Assembly: GCF_964213995.1 (NCBI RefSeq)
Contig: NC_135805.1
Span: 64,480,001-64,544,000, forward strand
Length of the DNA stretch: 64,000 bases
Source of the DNA: Mustelus asterias
Lineage: Eukaryota
Direction: 5' to 3'
The notes beneath the pieces are model-generated. The model was not told the origin of the DNA. It saw only the letters and a program-made list of their open reading frames with translations, and did not search any database. The translations under genes and the position numbers were made by a program. Shown here piece after piece: positions 1 through 12,313 of the stretch (position 1 is the first letter of the stretch; each line of letters begins with the position of its first letter).

Positions 1-886
1 CCCTAACACCACAATGTTTTGATGTTTGGCATTCTCCTTTGTTCATTTTCCAGCACTTCTTCCACTTTAAGCCAAAACAAGTTCCTCTTGGAAACATTAG
101 GTGACTTAAAGGTGAAAATAAAAGTAGAGGCATGAACTTCAATGCGACTTTGCAGGTAAAAAAAAATTGGCTGATGCACTGTACTTCAATTAAAAGAAAG
201 TCAGAGGAAAGTCTAATATCTCCACGACTATCATTAGCAGTAATTTGCAGTCTATTGACTCTGTCAAAAATCATTACCCACTGGACTCTGAAAGGCAAAT
301 TGCACAAAAATGTGTGGCTTGAAAATGAGTAGACCAGTAAAAACGCAGTCTAGAGATGTGGAGGTCAACTGCTGAGACTGCTAACTTAGTGCAGATGAGG
401 GATCAAAGCTGGGCCCCTCTTGGTCTGCGCTGGTTAAGTATCCCACCATAGGTGCATCCAGACACTGAGTTAATAGGAGAGCTCTAGGTCACAGAATTTG
501 GATTCAATTTCCTCTCCCCCCGCTCCAGGACAGCAGAAATAAAATGCACACTGTGACAAGATCAGGAATCTGGGCACAATATTGCCAATTATCGCCACAA
601 AGATTGATACTAGTTTGGCCAAATCAAACAATTTTACAAATTAATGTTCATCAGTACTGCCTCCAAAACATGGAGAAATGCTCTTTGTCTGTACAAACCA
701 GGAACAGGAGTGGACCATGAGTCCCTCAAGACTGTTCCACTATTCAATAATAATATATACATATATGTTTTTTTTAAACTTTAGATTTCCAGCATCAGCA
801 GTATTTTGCTTTTATTCCACTATTCAATGGCTGATTCATGACCTCACTCCATACTCTCGCCTTTGCTTCATATCCCTTAATACATT

Positions 887-1345
887 TAGAACATAGAACA
901 TAGAACAGTACAGCACAGAACAGGCCCTTCGGCCCACGATGTTGTGCCGAGTTTTATCTGAAACCAAGATCAAGCTATCCCACTCCCTATCATCCTGGTG
1001 TGCTCCATGTGCCTATCCAATAACCGCTTAAATGTTCCTAAAGTGTCTGACTCCACTATCACTGCAGGAAATCCATTCCACACCCCAACCACTCTCTGCG
1101 TAAAGAACCTACCTCTGATATCCTTCCTGTATCTCCCACCACGAACCCTATAGTTATGCCCCCTTGTAATAGCTCCATCCACCCGAGGAAATAGTCTTTG
1201 AACGTTCACTCTATCTATCCCCTTCATCATTTTATAAACCTCTATTAAGTCTCCCCTCAGCCTCCTCCGCTCCAGAGAGAACAGCCCTAGCTCCCTCAAC
1301 CTTTCCTCATAAGACCTACCCTCCAAACCAGGCAGCATTCTGGTA
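887..1345 (-). mobile_element. CR1 LINE 3' fragment with (TTCTATG)n tail
   Basis: ORF 970-1365 encodes the ORF2 C-terminus (LFSLERRRLRGDLIEVYK). The tail reads tagaaca x3 on the + strand. Confidence 0.92.
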
Positions 1346-1757
1346 AGCATTTGGATAACAAACATCTATCACTAATTGATTTATCATCAGTTGCCATTTG
1401 CGGAAGAGATCTCCAAACGCTTACTACTATTGATGTGTCAAGTGTTTCCGAATTTCACTCCTGAAAGGTCTGGTGCTAATTTTAAGACTATGACCCTGAA
1501 GCCTAGACTCTCTAACTGGAGAAATAGTGGGCCTGGGTAAGATGGTCTTTCAGAGAGTTGGTGCAGTCTTGATGGGTCAAATGGCCTCCTTCTCCACTAT
1601 GGGGATTCTATGGAAGCTTTAATGGAAATCCCCAGATGGATATCTAGATATTTCTTAAATGGATATCGCCAGAGCCTCCTGAACCTTTCATAAGATCACC
1701 TGAAAGTTGCCAAATTACTTACTTGAATTACACATGCGACATGATATCAAGATACTC

Positions 1758-1789
1758 GTGTGTGTATGTGTGTGTGTGTGTGTGTGTGT
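1758..1789. repeat. (TG)n microsatellite
   Basis: Direct reading. Confidence 0.9.
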
Positions 1790-2011
1790 AAATGTGATTT
1801 ATAATGTGTGAAGTAATTAATGTACATGAATATGCCTGGTGAATTTCCACTGAAGAACAGGTCTCAGACATGCTTAGTTACTTGATAACAGCACGTCATA
1901 AAATGAGTAATGTGTGGCAGGTGGGTGAGGCATCACCTAGCATGGACAAAAAGAAACCAAAATTTAAATAACCAAGAGTTAAATATACTGTTAACTGTCA
2001 GTGGGACATGG

Positions 2012-3485
2012 CAACAAAAACAGAAAATGCTGGAAAATCTCAGCAGGTCTGACAGCATTTGTGGAGAGAGAATAGAGCCAACGTTTCGAGTCTGGATGAC
2101 CTTTTGTCAGAGCTAAGAGCAAGGAAAATCAGAAGATTTATATAATCAAGGTGTGTGGGAGTGGGGGTGCCGTATTAGGACAAAGGGAATGTAAATGATA
2201 ATGAAGAAGGCTGAGAAAGGTGCTAAAAGTGTCCATTAAGTGATCAGAATGTGCGAATGGCAGAACAGAGGTACAGATTGTTAAGGGATTGCCTGAGGAA
2301 TGTGGCAGTTGCTCTGAAAGGGCGGGGTGGTTTGGGGGCAAGATGGACAGCGAGAATGGAGAAGTGGAAAAATGGAAGTGAGAATGAAGGATGATAAAAT
2401 GGGATGAAAAGAAGAAATGAAATCAAATGGAAATAGGATGACGGTGGAGGGGAGAGTTCATGCTCTGAAGTTGTTGAACTCGATGTTCAGTCCGGAAGGC
2501 TGTAAATTGCCCAATCGGAAGATGAGATGCTGTTCCTCCAGTTTGCGTTGGGGTTCATTAGAACATTGCAAAAGGCCAAGGACAGACAGGCGGACAGGAG
2601 AGCAGAATGGTGTGTTGAAGTGGCAAACGACAGGAAGGTCTGGGTCCTGCTTGCAGACGGACCGAAGGTGTTCAGCAAAGCAGTCACTCTGTCTGCGTTT
2701 GGTCTCCCCGATGTAGAGTAGACATTGAGAGCAGCGAATGCAATGGAGCAGATTGAAGGAGGTGCACATGAAGCATTGCTTCACCTGACAAAATGTTTAG
2801 GCCCTGGGATGGTGAGCAGGGAAGAGATGTGGGGACAGGTGTTGCACTTTCTACGATGGCATGGGAAGGTGCATGGGCAGGGGGTGAGGTGTTGGGTGTG
2901 ATGGAGGAGTGGACCAGAGTGTCACGGAGAGAATAGTCCCTGTGGAATGCTGACAGGGGGACCGGGTGGGATGAGGGGAAGATGTGTTGAGTGGTGGCAT
3001 CATGCTGGAGTTGGCGGAAATGGCAGAGGATGATCCTCTGAATGCGGAGTCTGGTGGGGTGAAAAATGAGGACAAGGGAGACCCTATTCTGGTTCTGGGA
3101 GAGAGGGGCAGGGAGTGGTTCAGGTGCAGTTGAGAGCTCTGTCAACCACAGTGGGTGGAAAACCACAATTGAAGAAGAAGGAAGACATATCGGCAGCGCT
3201 ATTTGGAAATCGGCATTATCAAAACAGATGTGGTGGAGGTGAAGGAACTGAAAGAATGGGATGGAGTCCTTACAGGATGTGGGGTGCGAAGAGCTGCAGT
3301 CAAAGTAGTTGTGGAAGTCGGTGGGCTTGTAATGGATACTGGTGCACAGTTTATCACCAGAAATGGAGACAGAGGGGAAAGGAAAAGAAAAGAAGCGTGA
3401 GAAGATGATAGAGGGGTGGAAATTGGAAGCAAAACTGATAAATTTTTCCAGGTCCAGCCGAGAGCATGAAGCGGCACCAACATAG
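2012..3485 (-). mobile_element. Penelope-like element, degraded (RT C-terminal part, GIY-YIG endonuclease, 3' hammerhead-bearing region)
   Basis: ORF 2458-2784 has CIRCSQCLLYIGETKRR...HFN...RKLEEQHLIFRLGNLQPSGLN (GIY-YIG), with frameshifted upstream ORFs. Confidence 0.88.
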
Positions 3486-5087
3486 CAATTGGATTAGGAC
3501 AATTGAAGGGCTAGGGAGAAATAATGCTTAGCAAGACTGGTCCACAAGGTGACAGCTGGCAAGTCTTTTAGGTCCATCAATGATCTGTTATTTGAATGTT
3601 ACTGAGTGAGGTGATAAGCGTTACAATATTACAGAATTAAGGGTAGATGTATCCACGCGGAATGAAGCCCTTAAGGCTGTCATTAAATTTGGGCACGATA
3701 CCAACTTTCTCCCTAAGGTTTAAACCAATCATAGAGAGAGCATTCACCTCACAGGTACATTTGATAATGGCGATATGGAATAAATGATTAAGAGAGAATG
3801 CAATTGAGCAGCGAGGTGGGCATGTGTGGTGCAAAATTATTTTTAATGTGGGACATCTCTGGCTCAGAACTGTACCTACATAACAAGCCTTAAATCGTGT
3901 TCACAGTTGTCATTATGCTCTGTTATTTGAAAATCTTGATCAAGAAATTGCAGAAACAAGCCAACCATTTAGAATGGGTTACCTTAATCAAGAAGTAATC
4001 AATGAGAGTTTGTTCAGGAGAATTCACCTTCAAGGTGGGCAATTGTAAGGAAATTATACTTGACATTCTGTCGTACTGTATTAACATTTATAATGGGATT
4101 ATGTTACATTATATTCAGTGTTCCATTATGTAAGAAAAAATCAATTTTGTAACTCCTGAGAATCATTTTAAGTTCCATTTTGTAAAATTTGAGCCGACTA
4201 AGGGTCCAAATTGTGATTAGTTTAATCCATTGGATACCAGGATCAACTTAATCTCATCAAGAACAAAATTTGGCACACTAGGAGACCCAGGCACTGTTTA
4301 AAAGGAATGTCCTTTTAAGGACCCTTGTTGCAGGGGAGAAGGAGACCATTACAAGGAACTGCCTCCCAGCAGTACAAAACTGCAAGCAAGCGTAGACCAT
4401 GTGACAAGTCCTAGCATGCTCCGCTGTACACAGTTTAAACGGGAGGAAAGCCTGTAGCGACATGTAAACTGCTGCCAGGTTTGTTAACTTTTAATAATAC
4501 TTAAAAAATTCTCCCAAAGTACCACAAATTATTCTGTCCCTGTCAGCTTTCTTTGTTAAGAGCAAGAATCCTTTTTAAGCAAAGATATTGATAAAATAAA
4601 GTTGTTTTGTGGTTTCTTATTGGGAAACTAGCATCTGAACCTGATATTCTGTTTTAAACATAAATATTATTAGCAAATGGATAAGACTGGTGAAAATCCT
4701 ATGCTTTAAAGCCAGCAGTTCACTGAGAACACGCGATTCAAGTGCCAGGAAAACATAAGAACATTCAGAACATTTTATGAAGAGAACTCCTTCCCTCCCA
4801 CTATTTATATTAATGATTTTGGTACCACATGACTCAGGTACTGCAAACATTATAATCAGGATGTGCTGTGTTCTATTGTACACCTCATTGCTCCCCATCC
4901 TGTTACATGTAGTCATTAGTAATGTCTCGTAGAATAAAAGAATTGTTATACCATAGCAGGAAACCATTCGGACCACTCCCATGCCAGTTCTCTGTAAGAA
5001 CAATGCAGTTCTCCGAATCTTCATCTCTCAGGTAATTATCCCTTTTGAAAGGCACAATTGAACTGGTTTCCAGCACACTCTCAGCAT

Positions 5088-5395
5088 AGGGCGACACAGT
5101 GGTTAGCACTGCTGTCTCACAGCGCCAGGGACCTGGGTTCAATTCCCGGCTTGGGTCACTGTGTGTGTGGAGTTTGCATGTTCTCCCCGTGTCGGCGTGG
5201 GTTTCCTCTGGGTGCTCTGGTTTCCTCCCACAGTCCAAAGATGTGCGGGTTAGGTGGATTGGCCATGGTAAATTGCCCCTTGGTGCCAGGGGGACGATCA
5301 GGGGGTTACAGGGATAGGGCCTGGGTGGAATTGTTGTCAGTGCAGGCTCGATGGGCTGAATGGCCTCCTACTGCACTGTAGGGATTCTATGATTC
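5088..5395 (+). mobile_element. HE1-type tRNA-derived V-SINE with CR1-like tail
   Basis: A/B-box head (cacagtggttagcactgctgtctcacagcgccagggacctgggttcaattccc) and tail gggctgaatggcctcctactgcactgtagggattctatg. Confidence 0.88.
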
Positions 5396-7616
5396 CAGAT
5401 CATAACCGTTCATCATGTTAAAAAGATTTTTCCACATGCCACCTCTGGTTCTTTGTCCAATCACCTTAAATCAGTGTCCTTTCTCAACTTGCTCTCAATT
5501 CTTCTGTCAATGCATACAGTTTCTATCTATAATCTACTAATAATCTACTTTGTCTGAACACCTCATGGTTTTGAAAACTTCTATGAAATCTTCTCTCAAT
5601 CTTCGCTTTTTCAAGAAGAACAACACAGCCTCTCCTTTCTGTCACAGTACCTGAACTCCTGGAGCTATTCTTTTAAATCCTTTTGCAATCCTCCCTCCAA
5701 AACCTTCATAATCTTCCTAAATCGTGGTACTCAGATCTGGACACAATTCTCCAATTGTGAGTGAACGAATGTTTTACAAAGGATCATCACTACTTTCTTC
5801 CTTCTGGATTCTATCCTTCTATTTGTACATCCCATGATACTGTATTCCTCTCTAAACACTTTCTCAACTTGCTTTCCCATTTTGCACCATTTATGCACAT
5901 ATACCCCGGTCTCTCTGTTCCTCCACCTGCTTTAGAATCACATCCTTTATTTTACATTTATTCTTCAAAATTCCTCAAAATATATTACTTTGCATTTCTC
6001 TGCATTACATTTTATCTGTCGTATATCTGTCCTTTCCATCAGTCTGTCTTTGGTCTCCTCCTCTCAGTTCACTGTGCTTCCAAATTTTGTGTCATCTGCA
6101 AATATTGCAATTGTGCCTTGTGCCCCTAATTTTAAATCATTGATATATATTTTTTAAAAGTGGCCTGACTACTGATGCCAGGGCAACACCTTTACCTCCC
6201 AACTCGATCGCCTTTCCTTCCTCACATACCTGGTGGCTTTCAATCACGTTTCTCCTGCAACCTGCCTGTTGCATTTGGTAGCTTCCCATTTCAATGCAAG
6301 TGAGCCCTGAGACCCAAGATCAGATGTCACAACCATTCAGGCACAAGGAATGTTACCTGTGCCATTAGGCATCCACAATGGGTGGGCTAAATTTCTGGGC
6401 CAATGTCTCTTTAAGCAGTTTGAACGATCAGTAATCGGATTCTTGTGTTCCTTACTTATGACAAGCAGAAATAAGGTACCTTATCTTTAGCGATCTTGAC
6501 AGAAAGCTAGAAATCATCATGACATGCCTCTAGGCCTAACAGATGCAGGAGATGCTTAAGAAGTGGAGTTAAAACATCTGAACAGACATGACGGAACAAG
6601 AAAATAATGTGGACTTTTCACTTTACTGAAATATTTCCAAAATCTAAAAGGTACAAAGAATTCACAGCAACATGCTGAAACCACAGTTTATACTTAAAAC
6701 AAATGGTGCTGGCCTGCAGCAGTGAAATCTAACATTTCACAAAACTTAATCAGCGGATGGTGAGACCCCTCTGTCAATGTACAATAGTTAAGATGCCAAG
6801 AAAATCAGAAATCCTTTACACAAAACTGGGACTGGAGAATATGATAAGTTTGGAATGTGGAGCCAATGATAATCAAACACCCTGGTTATCTTCTATCTCC
6901 AAGAAAATCCACTGCAGTGGGGTGGGCGGGGGAAGAGGATCCCAGCTTTTATGTTTGGAGGTTGGTCTATCGGAAGTCTGTCGACGGATTGATATTTGAA
7001 ACAAAGGAATTTTCATGATTATGTTGTGTTGAGAATTTCTGACCGGGGTGTGCATTCCGTATTTGTGGGACAAAAAATTCCCTGCCCTGCTTTGCCATCC
7101 ATTTGTGCGAGTGTGGCACTGGTGATCTCTCCTTCTGAAGCTGCCAGACTATCAGGGATTAAGGCAGGATCAAGTCTAAAGTGACAGGGACAGACATCTA
7201 ATGGCTGGCCGGACAGTTGGCAAATTTTCACAGTAACTTCATTGCAGTGTTAATGTAAGCCTACTCGTGACATTAATAAATAAACTTTTAAACTTTAAAC
7301 AAATTTCTTACTGACTAGTCAACATTACCGGTGAAGACTTTTTTTCTCTGCAAGCAATTGGTTCAGAAACAGGCCTGCAACTTAACCGAAATGTCCATGG
7401 TTGTTGGTTCAATCTCGTGTCCAAGTTGGTTAGTGGTAGGGAGGTTGGGGACAAGAAAATTCCCTCCATTTGTCCCACTTTGATGATGGCGTGGCCCCTG
7501 TTTTAAGCCAGATGGCAGGCCCTGCATGAATTGAGACGACTTTGAACAGAAATTTGGTATCCTCGGCTCTTGTGCATTTAACTTCAGATCACCATTCCAG
7601 GGATAGCCTTTAAATA

Positions 7617-7941
7617 TCATAGAATCTACGGTGCAGAAGGAGGTCATTCGGCCCATCGAGTGCACCGACCACAATCCCACGCAGGTCCTATATTATCCCT
7701 GTAACCTCACATATTTACCCTCCTACTCCCCCTGACAGTAATGGGCAATTTATCACAGCCAAGCAACCTAATCTGCACATATTTGGACTGTGGGAGGAAA
7801 CCGGAGCACACGGAGGAAACCCACGCAGACACGGGGAGAACGTGCAAACTCCACACAGACAGTGACCCAAGCCGGGAATCAAACCCAGGTCCCTGGCGCT
7901 GTGAGGCAGCAGTGCTAACCACTGTGCCATCGTGCCGCCCC
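7617..7941 (-). mobile_element. HE1-type SINE, CR1-like tail
   Basis: Reverse-complement homology to 5088-5395. Confidence 0.88.
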
Positions 7942-7989
7942 TTCAGTTAGGTCTTGTTAGTTAAGCACCTGTATATCTTGGGAGCTGAT

Positions 7990-8410
7990 GGACTGTGCCT
8001 AGGGCGAATGTCATTTCTATATTGATCATCGTCTGTTGTGGTTGTACGGGTTGATTTACGAGTGAAATTCCCTCCACAGCTGGCACAGGCGAATAGCGTT
8101 GGCTGGTGGTCGACTGATGTTTTTATTCCTTCCGGCAGGCTCGCTGCTTCGCAATCCGGTCATCACCTTCGCTCTCGGCTATTGCCACATCCTCTCTGGC
8201 TGCTCATCTCCAGGAACTCCGGCCAGCAGTGAGGAATTCCCATGCATCAACTCTGGTCCCGGTCAAATTGAAGTCTAGCTTGCAGACATCCTCGTATTGC
8301 AGACACGGGAAACTTGTTGGTCTCGTGCCACTAGAAAGCTTGCCACAGAGCATGTCTTTAGATATATGGCCATCATTCATTTGTCTTTAACATGACCCAG
8401 CCAAATGATG
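7990..8410 (-). mobile_element. Degraded RTE-clade LINE 3' fragment
   Basis: The minus strand reads QMNDGHISKDMLCGKLSSGTRPTSFPCLQYEDVCKLD, resembling the RTE ORF C-terminal RMxDGRIPKxxLYGELxxGxRxxGRPxLRxKD motif. Confidence 0.7.
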
Positions 8411-8429
8411 ACTCAGGAAGGCAAAGGTA

Positions 8430-8788
8430 TTTTTTAAAAATTCATTTGTGGGACATGGGCATCGCTGGCTGGCCAGCATTTATTTCCCATCTCCAGTTGC
8501 CCTTGGAGGGCAGTTGAGAGTCAACCACATTGCTGTGGCTCTGGAGTCATATGTAGGCCAGACCAGGTAAGGAAGGCAGATCTCCTTCTCTAAAGGACAT
8601 TCGTGAAACAGACGGGCTTTCGACAATCGACAATGGTTTCATGGTCATTGGCAGATTCTTAATTCCAGATATTTTTTATTGAATTCAAATTCCACCATCT
8701 GCCGTGGCAGGATTCGAACCCGGGTCCCCAGAACATTAGCTGAGTTTCTGCATTAATAGTCCAGCGATAATACCACTAGGCCATCGCT
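8430..8788 (-). mobile_element. Second tRNA-derived SINE family (family B)
   Basis: B box (ggattcgaaccc on the + strand). Homologous copies at 22635-22985 (+) and 42963-43345 (-). Confidence 0.8.
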
Positions 8789-8899
8789 CATTTATCATAA
8801 CTGATAGGATTTTTTATTTTATTCTTTTAATTCCTTTGATGATAGAACTGTCGAATCTACAGTTCTTTGCGTCTATTTGGTTGCATCTGACTTTGTAAG

Positions 8900-9266
8900 A
8901 ATCATACAGTCCCTATGGTGTAAAAGGAGGTCATTCGACCCATCAAGTCTGCACCGACTCTGAGACAGGGTATCTTACCTGCCCAACACCCCACCCTACC
9001 CTAGCCCTGTAACTCCACACATTTACCATGGGTAGTCCATCTAACCTATACATCTTTGGACACTAAGAGGCAATTTACCATGGCCTATACACCTAACCTG
9101 CACATCGCTGGATTGTGGGAGGAAACCGGAGCACCCGGAGAAAAACCCCACAAACACAGGGAGAATGTGCAGACTTCTCACAGACAGCCAGCCAAGGCCG
9201 GAATTGAACTTGGGTCCCTGGCACTGTGAGGCAGCAGTGCTAACCACTGTGCCACCATGCTGCCCT
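8900..9266 (-). mobile_element. HE1-type SINE, CR1-like tail
   Basis: Homology to the other copies. Confidence 0.85.
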
Positions 9267-10244
9267 AAGCAAGTGTCTCAGTCATAAAAAGGGTAAGCTT
9301 TCACTCTAATTTTGATGGCTGGGTGCCATTTACAATTCATCAATGGGCTAATATGCATATTTCTAGTGAGGAACTTCAGCCGACCCAATTAGAAGCCAGA
9401 GAGTGAGAACCCTCGAGGTTAATGGTCTGGGGACATAATTTTAAACTCACTAGGCTTGACAAATACTTGGCAACTTTAGCTCTGTTAATCCTCTTTCATT
9501 TTTAATAGGAAGCGGCTGCAGTGAACTGCAGCATCAGAATTGCAAGCCCGGCGATGATTAATTAATTTAAAACAGACTGGAAATGAAATCTGGGATGTCA
9601 TGTTGATTGTTGTTTAGGTACTCACAGAATCATGGAAATTTACAGCACATGATCACACCATTTGGCCAAAGCCAGCTTTCCAAAAGGTTTATACGCTTAG
9701 TTGTATTCCTCTGTCATTTCATGCTTTTGAAACTTTTCTTTTTCAGGAATATTCTATTTCCTTTTAACAGCTTTAATGGACTCTTCGTCAGGCCCAAGTC
9801 TTTTTCAGGTTTATGCTTTGTTTGAGTCTATTCTGCCCATCTGACCCCACCACTGGGCAGCCCCTCTCTGAGCTTATTAAAAGTGTTGAAGCAGAAGAAT
9901 ACTGACAATCAAGGATTGATTGTGGAAAAGCTCACGCAGAAATCCAGCCAAGTAAATGTCAAATGCATACCAATGATCTGAGTGCAGGTGAAAGGCTTTG
10001 GAAGTATTGTTTCCAAATGCTGCTTCATGCCAGCATTGGGAGGCCTCCATTTTTTTCAGGTTGTGGGGAAGTGGCATGCTGACCGGCTCCAGGTCAGGCC
10101 TAGGTGGAAGGCGAGGGATCACATCAATTTATTTTACCATGCACATCAGAACCTAATGATATAAACAGGGTCCCAAACATTGGTGGAGAACACTTCAATT
10201 GCAAAAGTGAGAGTGCCTGGAGGGCCAGAGCGGGGAGTGGAGCC

Positions 10245-10745
10245 CACTTGTGTGTGAGGGAGAGAAGAGTGTGAATGTGTGTTTGGGAGTCGAGTGTGTG
10301 TGTGCAAGTGTGTCTGTGTAAGAAAGGGAGAGAGGGGAGAGTGCGAGTGTGAGAAGGGAGAGTGTGAGTATATGTGTGGTGCGAGGGGAGAGAGTGTGAA
10401 TGTGTGTTTAAGAGTAGAGAGAGTGTGTGTGTGTGCGAGAAAGAGGGAGAGAGAGGAGAGTAAGGGTTGAGAAGGGAGAGTGTGAAAGTATGTGTGTGCG
10501 TGAGAGGAGGGGGGAGGGTACTTGTGTGAATGTACAAGCAAGGGGAGAATGTGTGTGTGTGCGTATAAGAGAGAAGAGTGTGTGTTTGAATGGAGTGTGT
10601 GACTGAATGGGAGTGTGAGAGTATGAGAGAGGGGAGAGTGAGAGTGTGGGTGTGCGAGGGGAAGAATGAGTGCATGAAAGGGCAAAGTGTGAGTTGTGCG
10701 TGTGAGGGGGAGAGTGTGAGTGTGTGCGAGGGGAATATGAGAGGG
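10245..10745. repeat. GA/GT-rich low-complexity tract, preceded by a possible hAT-like terminus (cagggtcccaaac, ~10166)
   Basis: Mixed (GA)n/(GT)n. The overlapping His/Thr/Leu-rich ORFs are compositional artefacts. Confidence 0.8.
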
Positions 10746-10789
10746 CTGGTTTCTAAAAAACTTTCAATTCTCAGGCTTACTGTTTATCT

Positions 10790-11450
10790 TGACAATGTTG
10801 TAAACATAATCTTTTAATCTAGTATAATCCTTAACTTTTCTTCTTGGCTACAGTTGGTTAAATTTCTTTTGGTATTTTTATTCCTCAAAGGAATGTTTGT
10901 TTGTTAAGGATTATTAAGCTATTACTTTTTTACCCTCATGTTTTTGAAACTAATTTTCAAACCTACCTTGGACAATTCACCATCTCCTTAGCCTGTATCT
11001 CCTTACCCAATATCTGCATAATTGGCTTTATTTAAATAGAAGTCCTTTGTTTTGCTCACAACACCCTCAAATGCAATGCGGAAGTGCATTGTATTATGAT
11101 CACTCTTTCCCAAAGAATCCTTTAATAAATGATTACTAATTAACTCTTGTCTTATTGCACAACATTAGATTTATAATAGATTGTTCACTAGTTAGTTCCT
11201 CAACATATTGTTCTGGAAAACTGTCTTGAATAGATTCCATGAACTCATCCTTCGAACTACTTTTGCTCATTTGGTTTTGCCAGGAGATGAAGCTTAAAAT
11301 CACCGACAATTATTGCATTACCATATGTTACACGTTTCTCTAATCTGATGTCCAATACAGTAACTACTGGAGGGTGACTATAAACTACTACATCAGCATT
11401 TTCTGTCCTTTGTATTTCTCAGCTTCCCCCCATACTATGATTCTACATTG
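10790..11450 (-). mobile_element. Highly degraded CR1 endonuclease-region fragment
   Basis: Reverse-complement remnants of the VYxxP and IIVGDF motifs, with many stops. Confidence 0.5.
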
Positions 11451-11477
11451 AACTGTTGTTCCACCTTTCTTCCTTAC

Positions 11478-11646
11478 CTGCGATAGCCTGCAGGCTGGGA
11501 ATGGCGATGGTGCTGTAAGTGTTAATGTTGCTGGTGCACCATGTGTGCACCTGAGTTTCACCTTCACCCTCCGGTCCCGTGACACCATCCACAAAATAGG
11601 AACCCCATTGTTCTGACACTTCCGGCCATATCGTCTGCCTCTTGCT
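11478..11646 (-). CDS. NT5DC1: NT5DC1 penultimate coding exon (phase 0 in, phase 1 out): SKRQTIWPEVSEQWGSYFVDGVTGPEGEGETQVHTWCTSNINTYSTIAIPSLQAIA
   Basis: Acceptor cttcattttttccag and donor GCAG|gtaagg; 169 nt. Matches recalled human KWGSFFIDSV...YTWSCKRISTYSTIAIPSIEAIA. Confidence 0.94.
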
Positions 11647-12313
11647 CTGGAAAAAATGAAGACAGACATATGAAAGGATGAAGGAGTCACAAATTCATAA
11701 GAAATGATTGTCATGTGTTAGGATCTTTCGCCAATTCTTTTTCTCACAGATAGAATTTGGAAAAGAGCTACTTTAAATGCTGCGTTTTAAAGCACAGCGC
11801 ATCCAAAACGATATGCAGTCCAAGACAAAATGCAGTTAATGTGCGAAAGTACCATTTCTGAAGTTGTCTCCAACAGACCATAAATAATTTTAAAAAAATT
11901 GATGAAATGATAAAACTTCACACCCATTGTGTTGAGTGGCTGGTCATGCGAGCTTAGCAGAAGCCTCAAAACATCTGAAAATTTATTAGGATGCTATAAA
12001 GCAGTAAGACCCAGAGCAAGCTTCCAAGAAGGAAAGGGAATGAGATGTTATTTATTTAAGTCAAACAAGATAACTCATTGATTTTAGGTGATGTACCATA
12101 TTTTTCTATTGCGATATGAAGGCAAGTTGTACTGACCGAATAAGTGCATCTGATTCTAATTGCTTCTCTGTGTATTCACTTGCTGTAAAATGAAGCCAAT
12201 TTGCATTAAGTCCTGACCATTTTTGAGGCGACTGAAGAAATGGATGTCAAAAATGTGACTACTTGGAGAGTTTTGCAAGAAAATTTGATTGTTACACCTC
12301 TTGGCACAAATAT

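Noticed and set aside
4617-5024. 135-aa minus-strand ORF
   Set aside because: No recognisable homology, and it partly overlaps a decayed CR1 fragment; likely chance.
4903-5381. Recurrent short ORFs (MVSTAASQRQGPGF..., MAQWLALLPHSARD...)
   Set aside because: These are translations of HE1 SINE copies, not genes. The SINE heads are also not tRNA genes.
10124-10817. Long His/Thr/Leu/Ser- and Cys/Glu/Val-rich ORFs
   Set aside because: Artefacts of the GA/GT low-complexity repeat.
11388-11714. 108-aa ORF from the track overlapping the NT5DC1 exon
   Set aside because: Wrong frame. The NT5DC1-homologous peptide is in another frame, bounded by splice sites.
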